Counted from the stretch's first letter, positions 43,072-53,098 are shown. The stretch: 64,000 nt of DNA from a virus (IMGVR_UViG_3300045988_117450:28684-92683); one strand, 5' to 3'. Notes: a model not told the origin generated them from the sequence alone. Made by a program: numbers and translations.

Positions 43072-44066
43072 CCATGCCCCGGCAGGATCTCTGGGTGGAT
43101 TGTATTAGTAAGCTCTTCCATACTAACTTGCCTTACCTTCAGTATATGATGAAACACCAGTCCGGCTGTCCTGAATGATGTTTTGTTTTCAGTTTTAAAC
43201 CGGTCAAGAGTCTGATACCAGTCTTTCCCAAATATCATATACTTATCCAGTCCGTATCTGCGAGGATTATGCAAGCCTATCATTAACGTACATAGTTGCC
43301 CCAGCGTATCAGACTGATAAAAGTCAGAAAGACGGGGAGGCTGCTCTTGAGGGCTTTTTATCCTTCCTTCTATCTCTCTGTTGAATTGGGATATGATGAG
43401 GAAAAATATGTTTTTATACACTAATTTGGCTTCGTTCATAACCGCCACCAAATCATCTATAGCCGACTTAGGATCTAACCCCATTCTTTTTATCAAAGCA
43501 ATATGATCGACTTTAAATATTATAAGACGTTTGTCCTTGTGTCTGGTAGCTATATGATACACAGCCGCCTCAAACTCTTTTACCGTACACGGAGCGTCGA
43601 TGTATATTATATTATTTCTGATTTCACCTTGAAGGATTTCAAACATCCTCATCTCTTCTACTGTATTAGAATCTTGCCTTCTTAATATTTCAGGAGCCCG
43701 TTTTTTCATATCCTGGCTCATTCTACGAAGAAGAAGATCTTGAGGATTCATTTCGAACTCGCAATTGACAAGAAAATAATCTTCTGCCTGCGGGTTGATC
43801 ATCGGATTCATCACATTTTCCAATATCTTTTGGGCCACATACGATTTACCCACAGATGGCCGAGCTCCTATGGCAATAGCATGCTGAGGGAAAATACCTC
43901 CAAGCAAAGCCTCGTCAATATAATCGTATCCGGTTTTAGCGGGGATAAGTTCTCCCCGCCTGTATTTTAAGATATTCTCATACGCCTCTTCCATAACCTG
44001 TTTAGAGGTCTTGAATATCCTTCTTATATCTATCCTATTTGCTATCTCCTCTTGCATTTTTGTCAC
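42933..44066 (-). CDS. DnaB-like replicative helicase, RecA-fold C-terminal domain (377 aa)
   Basis: Walker A GARPSVGKSY, Walker B-like LIIFKVDH, DnaB-C-like arrangement. Confidence 0.6.
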   Translation of the reverse strand: MTKMQEEIANRIDIRRIFKTSKQVMEEAYENILKYRRGELIPAKTGYDYIDEALLGGIFPQHAIAIGARPSVGKSYVAQKILENVMNPMINPQAEDYFLVNCEFEMNPQDLLLRRMSQDMKKRAPEILRRQDSNTVEEMRMFEILQGEIRNNIIYIDAPCTVKEFEAAVYHIATRHKDKRLIIFKVDHIALIKRMGLDPKSAIDDLVAVMNEAKLVYKNIFFLIISQFNREIEGRIKSPQEQPPRLSDFYQSDTLGQLCTLMIGLHNPRRYGLDKYMIFGKDWYQTLDRFKTENKTSFRTAGLVFHHILKVRQVSMEELTNTIHPEILPGHGWMYGEGGTKFVNPNQPPTPPKLYTVEDVTNNQDQEQEVKEEQSVY

Positions 44067-44313
44067 CTTTCGTATCCGACTTGGATCCCCTATTAGCTTT
44101 TACTGATTTATACCTAAGACCGTTCTTGGTATGAGAACAATCCTTGCCTTTCCTCCAGCCCTTGCCCTTCTTCTTGTCCGTTTCGTAGTTTTTACGACCA
44201 AGTTCCCGGCGTTTGGCTTTCTGTTCCGGTCTGGCATTTATCTCCTTGTCTTTTTTAGCCTTTTTCTTCCTGGCTTCGGGATGAGTCCTGTAGTACTCTG
44301 TCGATCTACCCAT
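44035..44313 (-). CDS. highly basic low-complexity protein (92 aa)
   Basis: Lys/Arg-rich throughout. Confidence 0.4.
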   Translation of the reverse strand: MGRSTEYYRTHPEARKKKAKKDKEINARPEQKAKRRELGRKNYETDKKKGKGWRKGKDCSHTKNGLRYKSVKANRGSKSDTKGDKNARGDSK

Positions 44314-44365
44314 GTGCTTATATTTTTTTTGATTAATAATAGCACAAAGATAGGCAATTCGCGCC

Positions 44366-44932
44366 CTATTTCAACCTGCCGTAGCTCATATCAGGATCAC
44401 ACCAAACATATCCGTCTTTCTCATCATGAAGATACTCAGGACATCCCCTGCATGCACTACTCCCTGACACTATTTGATTATTCTTATTAGGACACTTATC
44501 TCCAGGTTTATGCCATTCTATCCTCGAACCTGATCGTTCTTTATTTATATGACAGAACTGAAAGACTTTCCCCATCGTCTTCTCACCGAACATGCCTATA
44601 TGCGTATATTCTTCCGGTATAGAGAGAAATTCTGATAAATCTTTATACATCCTTTCCTGTTCTTCCGGCGTAGACCACAGTCTGTCAAGTTCGGCATGGA
44701 CTCTTATTTTAAGAGACCTTAGTGATGGGCCCGCAAGCCGGCCTTTAGCTTTTCCCTTATTCGGCCCTGATTCATGAACACCGACATAAGCGTTGCATGG
44801 TTTACACATCATAACCATCCCTAAGCCTTTTCTGCTATATATTTTATCGGCATTGACCAACTCGGTTTCTCTTCCGCAATAAGGGCAAATTTCGCCTCTT
44901 AAAATCCGTTGTTGCCGCACATTGAGTTCCAT
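44366..44932 (-). CDS. zinc-ribbon-containing hypothetical protein (188 aa)
   Basis: CPYCG...CKPC and C-terminal CRGC motifs. Confidence 0.5.
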   Translation of the reverse strand: MELNVRQQRILRGEICPYCGRETELVNADKIYSRKGLGMVMMCKPCNAYVGVHESGPNKGKAKGRLAGPSLRSLKIRVHAELDRLWSTPEEQERMYKDLSEFLSIPEEYTHIGMFGEKTMGKVFQFCHINKERSGSRIEWHKPGDKCPNKNNQIVSGSSACRGCPEYLHDEKDGYVWCDPDMSYGRLK

Positions 44933-45174
44933 ACTCTATCCTTTTGTTTCTCTTTAAACTTTTCATACAAACTGCTTTCAGTTTCCATTTCCGAGATCTC
45001 CACCTCTACGTCCTCTCTTTTGAAAATTACTTTCTTGGCTGTAGGATACGCACATTTAGAGATACGAATAGCATTACGAATAGCATAAACAAAATACGTT
45101 TCTGGTGATGATTCGATCACCACTACCTCGTTTAAAGTGTTTTTATAATTTTCCATGTTATCTACTTGCTTCAA
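44899..45174 (-). CDS. hypothetical protein (91 aa)
   Basis: ORF in the minus block. Confidence 0.4.
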   Translation of the reverse strand: MKQVDNMENYKNTLNEVVVIESSPETYFVYAIRNAIRISKCAYPTAKKVIFKREDVEVEISEMETESSLYEKFKEKQKDRVWNSMCGNNGF

Positions 45175-45511
45175 TTACATACCCTGGATTATCTTCACAT
45201 GCCTCTTTGTATTCGATAAGAAACTTAAGAAATGAATCATAAGACCCCCATCCATTTTCTGGTTCGTATCTCAAAAGACTCTTTCTCTTGGATATCATAA
45301 TATATATACCTTTTGTGAGTATCTTCGCCATCTCTTTGGTATCTATTTCCCTACCCAATTCTTCCGGTCTCCAAACATAATCGTACAGCGTTTCTTTATT
45401 TTCTGATACGAATATTTTTTGTGCCATCTTGTTCATGTTGTGGGTGATGTTTGTAACCCATTTACGATCCTCTTCTTTCTTCTTGCTCTTAATATAAACG
45501 TCCAGGCTCAT
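45158..45511 (-). CDS. hypothetical protein (117 aa)
   Basis: ORF in the minus block. Confidence 0.45.
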   Translation of the reverse strand: MSLDVYIKSKKKEEDRKWVTNITHNMNKMAQKIFVSENKETLYDYVWRPEELGREIDTKEMAKILTKGIYIMISKRKSLLRYEPENGWGSYDSFLKFLIEYKEACEDNPGYVIEASR

Positions 45512-46502
45512 AATATTTTTCTTTTACTTTATTATTAATTATCAAATCTGCCACATCATCTCCGTCTCCTACATTTTCAACATTTTGAAGATAGTCCGAT
45601 ACTTTTATCCTTGACTTCATCATCATCCCATCTATCTTTTTACTCCATGTGTCAAATGCTTGTCCTTTGTCCGGAAAAGCTACAGTCTTTCTATCTTTTA
45701 AAACATCTATCACTTCCGGTCTTAAATTCTGCAACCCACCGGTAGCTACAAACAACTCATCTGGTTTATTCACGGCGCATATAATAGCCGTCTTTTCTGA
45801 CTCCACCAAATTAACTACCTTATCCGGATACTGGCTTAGAAGATGTTCTCCAAACAGGCATTGTCTAAACAAGAAGTCTCTTGCATGCAACGAGTGATAA
45901 AACATGACATGAGGTCGCTCATTGTCACCATCTTTTTCCTTCACTCTTTTTACATCAATCTCATTCCCCTGGCTGTCGGTCTTTATGTAAAAATCCATAA
46001 TCTTGCCGGTTCTACATACAAAGTCCTTATCTATCTGCCAGAATATACAACACCCTTTCCATCCCCATAAGTCCATTGTTCCAACATGATACCTTCTAAA
46101 CACGTCAGATACCCTTTCTTTTCCCCATAGAGACGATAAAAACCTAAATACAGTATTTCTATCATCTGGAACCACAGTCCTCTCAAACTCGCTAAAAGGT
46201 ATGTAATTTATAACATCAGGGTTTACAGGAGGACGATAAGCTCTTATGCATTTATTTCCTGAAATCCAAAGATCTTTATCACCTACATCCTTGCCGGTAG
46301 GTCGTTTATCGTAACCGCAAGTCCGTTCATGATCGCATCTTCCGAACTCGTTTCCAACAACCTGACCGGTCGCCACATCAATATAAGGGGTAAGGCACCG
46401 GCTTTTCCCGCAAGCCGGGCAGGTTAGCTTCATTCGGCTCCTGCCAGGCCTGCGGTCAAGTTGAAACCGAGGTACGTTTTCGTATTTTCTAAAATCAAGC
46501 AT
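45489..46502 (-). CDS. putative DNA primase-like protein (N-terminal zinc ribbon plus TOPRIM-like core; 337 aa)
   Basis: CPACGK...CDHERTC zinc-binding motif; later LVESEKTAIICAV ... VATGG ... AFPDKG resembling TOPRIM E/DxD elements; located between the helicase and nuclease genes. Confidence 0.4.
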   Translation of the reverse strand: MLDFRKYENVPRFQLDRRPGRSRMKLTCPACGKSRCLTPYIDVATGQVVGNEFGRCDHERTCGYDKRPTGKDVGDKDLWISGNKCIRAYRPPVNPDVINYIPFSEFERTVVPDDRNTVFRFLSSLWGKERVSDVFRRYHVGTMDLWGWKGCCIFWQIDKDFVCRTGKIMDFYIKTDSQGNEIDVKRVKEKDGDNERPHVMFYHSLHARDFLFRQCLFGEHLLSQYPDKVVNLVESEKTAIICAVNKPDELFVATGGLQNLRPEVIDVLKDRKTVAFPDKGQAFDTWSKKIDGMMMKSRIKVSDYLQNVENVGDGDDVADLIINNKVKEKYYEPGRLY

Positions 46503-46524
46503 CCTTAGCTCCTCTCATTGCTTT

Positions 46525-47853
46525 TTATATCATGAATCTTTTAGACATTTCCTCTGCAATATCATATACAACCGTATGATCTTCTTCATTGTACGGCTTA
46601 TTGATATTCAACACTCCTTTTCTCACTTTGAACTTCTTATCTTTTCTAAGGTGATTCAACATACCTTGTTGGAACACACAGTCCGCCTTTTCAAGTGCCA
46701 CACTGTCTTCTGTCCATTCTTTCAGCGTATATCCTTTACTGCTCGTGCTTTTTGGAGAAAAGTTCATAATACGTGCATCAATGCCATACCATGCTTTAAC
46801 CATTCTTCTTTCAGCTTCCAATTGGAATGCATATGATTCCCATATTCCTCCCGATTTAAAGTCAAGAATGACCACTTCTTCTTTTTCCACTTCTCTTACT
46901 TCCTTCTTCGGATCACCTTTTTTGAACTGTCCGGTAGCCCTTTGATATACGGCTCCAAAATAACCTTCTTCTTTGTATTTGAATGTCATTTTAACCATCG
47001 CATCAATAGGTGTTGCTACAAGGTAATCCTCTAAAGAAAGGATTCTTTCTATCATCATCGGTTTCACCTTGTAATCAGAACAGAATTTGGCAAACTTCAT
47101 GACCCTGACAATCATATCGTCAAGATCATCTATGCTATTAAAGAACCGATCAAGATTTTTCTTGGATATCTTCAGCTTGCCTTCTTGCACTGTCTTAACT
47201 ACAAAGCTTCTATTTAAGACCATATCTCTACCTGTTAGGTACAATCCGTATAAGTAGTGCATGATCGTTCCCTTATCGGCTTCATACTGCGCTACCTCTT
47301 CTGGATTGCGACCAAGCATCTTCATCTCTTGCTTCCATTCCTGAAGTGCCGTCTTATCATCTACATACCCATCTTTGATTAAAGTTGTTACCGAAGCATA
47401 TATCTTAGCCGTCCCATCATCCATCTTTCTTACATAAAAACGATTATCGTCTAATGTCAATCTTACGAATTTGGGTGTCTCAATCTTCTTCAACTCATCA
47501 CAGATATAAAACGGCTCTAACGTTTCCTGGTTTTCTGTAAACGGATTCGAGTCTTCTTCTCCAGGGTTAGGAGCGGCTTCCTCCGCCGGAGCTTCCGGTT
47601 CCTTCTTCTGGGCCTGCTCTGGCTCAGAAGCCGGCTCTTCAACTACTGGAACCTGTCCGCCTCTTTCTGCTATGTCTCTGTTCTTTATTAAAGACATAGC
47701 TTCCTTTTTTAATTGCTCCGGTGTTTGATTAGGATCTGATACTGACATCACAACATCGTTCATTCTAAACAACGTATTTCCTTCTCCTTCCACCATAGGT
47801 ACAAACCCTAAATCTATTAATATTTTAATCTTTTCTTCTATCATACCTATCAA
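46525..47853 (-). CDS. PD-(D/E)xK-superfamily nuclease (RecB/YqaJ-like exonuclease candidate) with an acidic low-complexity N-terminus (442 aa)
   Basis: VVILDFKSGG (DxK motif) and downstream QLEAE; N-terminal EEPASEPEQAQKKEPEAPAEEAAPNPGEED. Confidence 0.45.
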   Translation of the reverse strand: MIGMIEEKIKILIDLGFVPMVEGEGNTLFRMNDVVMSVSDPNQTPEQLKKEAMSLIKNRDIAERGGQVPVVEEPASEPEQAQKKEPEAPAEEAAPNPGEEDSNPFTENQETLEPFYICDELKKIETPKFVRLTLDDNRFYVRKMDDGTAKIYASVTTLIKDGYVDDKTALQEWKQEMKMLGRNPEEVAQYEADKGTIMHYLYGLYLTGRDMVLNRSFVVKTVQEGKLKISKKNLDRFFNSIDDLDDMIVRVMKFAKFCSDYKVKPMMIERILSLEDYLVATPIDAMVKMTFKYKEEGYFGAVYQRATGQFKKGDPKKEVREVEKEEVVILDFKSGGIWESYAFQLEAERRMVKAWYGIDARIMNFSPKSTSSKGYTLKEWTEDSVALEKADCVFQQGMLNHLRKDKKFKVRKGVLNINKPYNEEDHTVVYDIAEEMSKRFMI

Positions 47854-48343
47854 TTATTTCAATAATCAACCTACCTCTTTCCTTGATCATTCCTCTGCTT
47901 TCCATATCCAGTACCTTCTTTACCGCATACTTCCACACAAAAGGAAATTCTGTTTCAAGTTTATCAAATTCCATCCGGTCAAGATACATGTCGAATACCG
48001 TATGCTCCGATTCATGAAGGAAAACTATATTATCCCTGCAAGTAGCAACCGACTTATATATCCTTTTCGGAAGTATGTGACAGACGTTACATACTGTAGG
48101 AAAATGAATAGCTTTACCAGTCATAGACATTCGAATAGTACTCAACTCCTCCAACATAAGACGAAAAAACCCGGATAAATCCGGGTTCTCTAACTTTTTC
48201 TTCTTGCTGCTGTTTTTAATGGATGTAATTCTGTCTTTTTTCTTCGGATTCAACTCTTTGCTCCTGCAAGCCTGGCATAAGCCATGACTTCTTATCATCA
48301 CTTTTCGTCCACATCTTTTGCAGACGTACAATTTCTTTTCCAC
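47825..48343 (-). CDS. zinc-ribbon plus HNH-like (His-Me finger) protein (172 aa)
   Basis: CKRCGRK...CQAC; CNVCHILPKR...DNIVFLHESEH resembles the HNH core (H-ILPK ... N ... H..H). Confidence 0.4.
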   Translation of the reverse strand: MEKKLYVCKRCGRKVMIRSHGLCQACRSKELNPKKKDRITSIKNSSKKKKLENPDLSGFFRLMLEELSTIRMSMTGKAIHFPTVCNVCHILPKRIYKSVATCRDNIVFLHESEHTVFDMYLDRMEFDKLETEFPFVWKYAVKKVLDMESRGMIKERGRLIIEIIDRYDRRKD

Positions 48344-48528
48344 TTTTTATACTTCAATACAAGTGATATAATCGAAAAGGATACTGCCGTTAAAGATAAC
48401 GTATATGGTACGTTCATTAACCATCTTGGCACTTCTTCTGTCTTGATCACTATCAGCAAAGTAGCACCTGCTACTACCAATAATACAATTGCCATCGCAA
48501 GTGCTACACGGGAAACAACATCACTCAT
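48298..48528 (-). CDS. small membrane protein with two TM helices (76 aa)
   Basis: VALAMAIVLLVVAGATLLIVI and LSLTAVSFSIISLVL. Confidence 0.4.
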   Translation of the reverse strand: MSDVVSRVALAMAIVLLVVAGATLLIVIKTEEVPRWLMNVPYTLSLTAVSFSIISLVLKYKKWKRNCTSAKDVDEK

Positions 48529-48991
48529 CAGTTTTCTTTTCTCCCAATTTTTCTACACCTTTTTGCAGATCGTATTTAAATACTTCAATGATTTTCGTTT
48601 CTGCAATAGACTCGCAATTCCAGTCGCCCAACGTACCTTGCATCCCCTTAGTTAACACAGCCTCAGCATCTTTTGGATTGCCGGCCTGGACATACATATA
48701 GCATGGCGTTTTCTTTTCTTTACCTTTCTTTTCATCCAGTGTAATGTAATTAACCTTACACTTATACCAGTACTCAGCTTCTCCGTTGAAGAAGATTTCC
48801 GACACTTTAATAGGGTTAATTTTTACAACCTCGAAAGAATTGTACAAATCTTTAAAGATTTCCAACGATCTTGATTCTGCCTCTGTATAAGACAAGGCAT
48901 CTACCAAATACTTTTCAGTTACTTTCTTTTTTTTGCCGTTCTCGATATTATCAATCTCGGCTTTTACCGTAATTTCAAACCAGCGATTCAT
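48521..48991 (-). CDS. hypothetical protein (156 aa)
   Basis: ORF in the minus block. Confidence 0.5.
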   Translation of the reverse strand: MNRWFEITVKAEIDNIENGKKKKVTEKYLVDALSYTEAESRSLEIFKDLYNSFEVVKINPIKVSEIFFNGEAEYWYKCKVNYITLDEKKGKEKKTPCYMYVQAGNPKDAEAVLTKGMQGTLGDWNCESIAETKIIEVFKYDLQKGVEKLGEKKTDE

Positions 48992-49002
48992 TGTATTAAT
49001 AT

Positions 49003-49278
49003 TTAATTAGTTGATTTCTTTCCTTTCTCTATACTGTTTTTAAATCTTTCAGAACACCACTGCAAAACGTCCATCATCATCATCTCATTATTAGATAAGA
49101 TACCTTTTATAACTAACGCCAATTGATGCTGTGACATTCGTTGGCTCATATCAAATCTTCTTTCCTCTTCATTTACTATCGTAGCCACGAAATACTTACA
49201 CCCCTCCAAATGTGTCAGGGCTTCAATCATGGCTTCTTTAATCTCTTTTTCTTCCATCCTGTTTGTTTTTTTGGACAA
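49003..49278 (-). CDS. hypothetical protein (91 aa)
   Basis: ORF in the minus block. Confidence 0.45.
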   Translation of the reverse strand: MSKKTNRMEEKEIKEAMIEALTHLEGCKYFVATIVNEEERRFDMSQRMSQHQLALVIKGILSNNEMMMMDVLQWCSERFKNSIEKGKKSTN

Positions 49279-49334
49279 AGATATGTCTTTTGATAATAAA
49301 AAAGATTTTAAATAACTTAATTTAGCTTATTTTT

Positions 49335-50000
49335 TTACTCTTCTGGCTCAACTGGTATGGACATGTTGAACTTTTTCCTGATAAATACCTCTGTTTCTTC
49401 ATTAAACGGATAAGCCTCCTTAATGAAATTCATAGCCACCTCCATGTCGCCATCTGCTATATCCTTATACCTCTCAAAGATGCCAACCATGTCGTTGTTA
49501 TATGAACGCTCTTGTTTTATATTGTACACGTATTTCAATACCCTATCTTTGATTTCATTGGCTTTTTTCACGGTGTCATTGAAGGTATTTATACTTGTCA
49601 ATTCAGGGTTTTTATTTTTCTCATCTATCTTATTAAACTCTTCCTCGCTATATCCTGTTTCTCCTTTAACAGCCGGGCAAACACCCTCCTTCATGATCCA
49701 AAACTGTTCATACGATCCTGCCAGATATCTCGATTCTGTTTTAAATGCATTATACTTGACAAGCAAATTGGCCACCTCAGTTGCACCTTCTATGGTTCTA
49801 AAACCGATGCCGATATCTTTTAATACAAATAATGGAACTCCTGTTTTGGGGTACGAGATTTCTTTTTTGTTCTTTATATTCCAGTTTTTAGCTTCAATTG
49901 GAATACCTTTATTAGCAAGCTCTTTGTCTATATACAGACTTATGTCTTCGTCTGTCAATGCCGTAATCTCATCTCTGCTTAAATCAAAAACTGTTTTCAT
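49335..50000 (-). CDS. hypothetical protein (221 aa)
   Basis: ORF in the minus block. Confidence 0.5.
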   Translation of the reverse strand: MKTVFDLSRDEITALTDEDISLYIDKELANKGIPIEAKNWNIKNKKEISYPKTGVPLFVLKDIGIGFRTIEGATEVANLLVKYNAFKTESRYLAGSYEQFWIMKEGVCPAVKGETGYSEEEFNKIDEKNKNPELTSINTFNDTVKKANEIKDRVLKYVYNIKQERSYNNDMVGIFERYKDIADGDMEVAMNFIKEAYPFNEETEVFIRKKFNMSIPVEPEE

Positions 50001-50200
50001 TTTTCTTTATTTATTAGATTAAACAACTTACTTCTTTGTTCAGGCTCCGTATATTCCACCCATATATCGGCTGCCACATTCCTCAGAAATTCCATAAAGT
50101 CTTGACGATCCCTGTATTCAGCAGAATCAATTTTCTTCACAAAACTTAGGATTTCCTTTAACATCTTGTTGTTTTCTTCAAGAAGTTCTCTGTCGGTCAT
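49997..50200 (-). CDS. hypothetical protein (67 aa)
   Basis: Start overlaps the downstream gene stop. Confidence 0.4.
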   Translation of the reverse strand: MTDRELLEENNKMLKEILSFVKKIDSAEYRDRQDFMEFLRNVAADIWVEYTEPEQRSKLFNLINKEK

Positions 50201-50221
50201 GATCTTGTGAAAATATATTAT

Positions 50222-50569
50222 TTAACACAAAATAGGTAGTAAATCATCTATGTACGCCCAACTCAAAATCTTGTCATAATGGCAAGATTTTACCCATTCA
50301 TATTCAGAACGCCAATCAATACAAATGCAGACATTTCCGTCTCCATCCATGTGTTCAACCAAACAATCCTTTCCCAGTTCAGCTATGTCACATGGTTTGT
50401 GCCACACTGAGTTTATGCGCCATTCTGCACCTGTTATGAAGTCTTCACGGCAATTATCCTTGCGTAGAACATAATCGTCTGCATCCACTTCTTTGAGAAC
50501 GCTTCTCCGAAAATGTGTTTTACCTATGGAATAATCTTTTGCTGCTTTTTCAATATCTTCTCGTTCCAT
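50222..50569 (-). CDS. hypothetical protein, member of a two-gene paralog family (115 aa)
   Basis: Shares RINSVWH and WAYIDDLLP motifs with 50847..51413. Confidence 0.45.
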   Translation of the reverse strand: MEREDIEKAAKDYSIGKTHFRRSVLKEVDADDYVLRKDNCREDFITGAEWRINSVWHKPCDIAELGKDCLVEHMDGDGNVCICIDWRSEYEWVKSCHYDKILSWAYIDDLLPILC

Positions 50570-50850
50570 TATTCATCTCCTTTCTCTTTGTCTTTAATTA
50601 AGTCAATAACATATTCGGTCCCAGTGTCAAAGCCCTTACTATAACCTTCTTCATATCCACTATCCTTAATACCTTTGTAGTAAAACGACCCAACACACAA
50701 GGCAAAGCCTATAGTGATCAATACCATTCCTAATCCGAAAAATGGATAAGCAAACGATATATGAAACGGCTTAAATTGGATTGATACGCCTGATGTAAGT
50801 GCGAATATAAATAAGAGAGAACAGGCCATTTGAAGTATTATCTTAATCAT
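50569..50850 (-). CDS. small membrane protein with two TM helices (93 aa)
   Basis: Two hydrophobic helices; sits between the two paralogs. Confidence 0.45.
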   Translation of the reverse strand: MIKIILQMACSLLFIFALTSGVSIQFKPFHISFAYPFFGLGMVLITIGFALCVGSFYYKGIKDSGYEEGYSKGFDTGTEYVIDLIKDKEKGDE

Positions 50851-51413
50851 TCCTTGCCTCCTTTCGGTATCAAATCTTCAATGTATGCCCAACGGATAAT
50901 TTCGGCTTTTTTATAAAAATTATCCCAATCCATTGAATCAGAGATTACGTTAAATCTGTCATTCTTACATTGAGTAAGATATTCCCTTTTCCTTTCCGGG
51001 CATTCTTTCACATCATGCCATACTGAGTTAATATTAGTCCGTGAATTAAACTCATTCCATCGCCTTGCTATCTCATTGCAAAGGACATTGGAACTTTCCA
51101 CATCTCCCAAATGGATTTCTGCTATTTGGTAGTTCATGCCATCTTTGATACAAAGTTCTGCGTCCAATTCATCGGGACCCAACACACGCTTCCCTCTTGC
51201 CGGAATACATATCAGTTTCAATGTATCGGTGTCAAATTCGCCTTTTGCGTATGCCCAATTCAATTTTATTTTTGTCATTTCTTTACCTCCTTGATAAATG
51301 ATTTGTAATACTTGCAGTTCTTGGCAGATTTCCTTGCTGTTATTCTCCGTTGCAGAGCTTTGCAGTACATCTGACAGTTCGGGCAAGCCTCGTAGTGTAC
51401 ACATTCGCTGCAA
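50847..51413 (-). CDS. hypothetical protein, paralog of 50222..50569 (true start probably Met at about 51278)
   Basis: NINSVWH and WAYIEDLIP motifs; the N-terminal extension in the track overlaps 51275..51604. Confidence 0.45.
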   Translation of the reverse strand: MQRMCTLRGLPELSDVLQSSATENNSKEICQELQVLQIIYQGGKEMTKIKLNWAYAKGEFDTDTLKLICIPARGKRVLGPDELDAELCIKDGMNYQIAEIHLGDVESSNVLCNEIARRWNEFNSRTNINSVWHDVKECPERKREYLTQCKNDRFNVISDSMDWDNFYKKAEIIRWAYIEDLIPKGGKE

Positions 51414-51604
51414 TGCCTTTCGTCAGCATTTCCGAGGATGTAGGCAATTTCTTCATCCTTGCTCATGTTTTCCGGCTTCCCCTTTGCTTCCTCACGTAAT
51501 TCGGAAATAATTTTATCAACTTCGGGGTTCGGGGCTTCGTATATCTGTTTCAATCGAAGTGCCTCTGACTTAATCCCCTTGAGAACTTTCTTGCTTATTT
51601 TCAT
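51275..51604 (-). CDS. hypothetical Cys-containing protein (109 aa)
   Basis: HCSECVHYEACPNC motif. Confidence 0.4.
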   Translation of the reverse strand: MKISKKVLKGIKSEALRLKQIYEAPNPEVDKIISELREEAKGKPENMSKDEEIAYILGNADERHCSECVHYEACPNCQMYCKALQRRITARKSAKNCKYYKSFIKEVKK

Positions 51605-51608
51605 TGTT

Positions 51609-51893
51609 CTATCCTTTCATTCTGCCTAAAAAGGCAAGTTTTAAAACATCGAACTCTTTCCCAATTACCGCAAACTCCAACATTGCGTTATCATCTGCAA
51701 GGTCATTAACTCTTAACACGGCATAACTTTCTCCTGATTCGGTTTGATAGGTGTCCAATTCAACAGAACTGATTATACATTCATCATTGCTCTTTCGGAA
51801 GAAACTATCAAGACTTTTGAGGATATGATTTTTCAAATAATCATCACCTATTGCAGCCGCAATCTTATCCTGCTTTCTTAATGCGTACCTCAT
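51609..51893 (-). CDS. hypothetical protein (94 aa)
   Basis: ORF in the minus block. Confidence 0.4.
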   Translation of the reverse strand: MRYALRKQDKIAAAIGDDYLKNHILKSLDSFFRKSNDECIISSVELDTYQTESGESYAVLRVNDLADDNAMLEFAVIGKEFDVLKLAFLGRMKG

Positions 51894-51987
51894 AGTTTAC
51901 TTTATTTATGCAATCATTTTACGACGAATCAGATTTATATTCTTTTTCACCAGTTTTACTATCTGATCGTGATACTCGCTTACGCCG

Positions 51988-52461
51988 TTACAGAAGGATC
52001 GGGACTGGACGATATCCAGTGTATTCAAGTTTACCTCTATCGTCTCCAATCGTTTTCCAGCCGTGTCCTTTGCCGATAATATCAGGCATTCCGGCCGTCT
52101 GTAGTATCCGTTCTGATATACGCAAATACTTCATTGCCACAGACATACCACTTCTTTTAACGTGATATATTCCATTTTCTACCGGATGCAGAGGAGCACC
52201 ATAATGATTACAACAATGCAACGGTATGAATTTAGCTAATTCTGGGCAGTGTTTTATAATCACATCGTGATAGCAACCACTCAAGTATTCTTCGTATATT
52301 CCATATTTGTTTTTCCATCTAATATCGGCTATTATACTCCAGTCGCATATATTGTTATGACAATCGTCGTTCAACGATACTGTGGTTCGTATTCTATATT
52401 CGTTTCCGTTTTCTGTAAAGAATTTTGTACTTGAATAAATTAGTTTGTTTGCAGTTTCCAT
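51988..52461 (-). CDS. hypothetical protein (157 aa)
   Basis: ORF in the minus block. Confidence 0.45.
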   Translation of the reverse strand: METANKLIYSSTKFFTENGNEYRIRTTVSLNDDCHNNICDWSIIADIRWKNKYGIYEEYLSGCYHDVIIKHCPELAKFIPLHCCNHYGAPLHPVENGIYHVKRSGMSVAMKYLRISERILQTAGMPDIIGKGHGWKTIGDDRGKLEYTGYRPVPILL

Positions 52462-52472
52462 ATTATTTTAGT

Positions 52473-52709
52473 TTAATCATTATACTTGTGAAAAATAAAA
52501 TCGGCACAATTTCCCGCTATATTATTAGCGTCATTGCACCGATAAAATCCTTCTGTTTCCCAGTCTACATCTACGGGATATCCTTCTGCTTGTTTCAAGA
52601 AATTATTAATTTCCTTTTCTTCTTCATCCGATAAACCAGTATAATCACCATTTATCAGAGCACAAGCCCAATAAGCCGGAAGCCTGTATATTATTATCTC
52701 TATACTCAT
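52473..52709 (-). CDS. hypothetical protein (78 aa)
   Basis: ORF in the minus block. Confidence 0.4.
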   Translation of the reverse strand: MSIEIIIYRLPAYWACALINGDYTGLSDEEEKEINNFLKQAEGYPVDVDWETEGFYRCNDANNIAGNCADFIFHKYND

Positions 52710-53098
52710 AACTTCATTAGTTTACAATGACAATCTTCAAATACAGGGACCAAACCCTGCTCTTTGAAATATGCGGTCGCTATTTTAAAAACGTACAAGG
52801 CAGGTCTTTCCTGGATATTTTGTTGTGTTTTATAAAGAGATATTGGTTGGCAAACATAGAATTTCTCATTACCAAGACATCCAAAAACTCTATCCATTGT
52901 AATTTCATTACAATTAGTACCACCCAGCATAATTAAATCGCATCCGGTCTTTCTGGTTCCCAAAATAAATATCTTGTTCTTGTTTTCAGGAAGCATAAAT
53001 ATTTCCTTATCAATCTTAAACCAATCACTCTGGCAACTTTCTACATCCCGGAGAACAATCTCATCAATCTCACGGGCATATTCTTCTTGTGTTTTCAT
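52706..53098 (-). CDS. hypothetical protein (130 aa)
   Basis: ORF in the minus block. Confidence 0.45.
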   Translation of the reverse strand: MKTQEEYAREIDEIVLRDVESCQSDWFKIDKEIFMLPENKNKIFILGTRKTGCDLIMLGGTNCNEITMDRVFGCLGNEKFYVCQPISLYKTQQNIQERPALYVFKIATAYFKEQGLVPVFEDCHCKLMKL

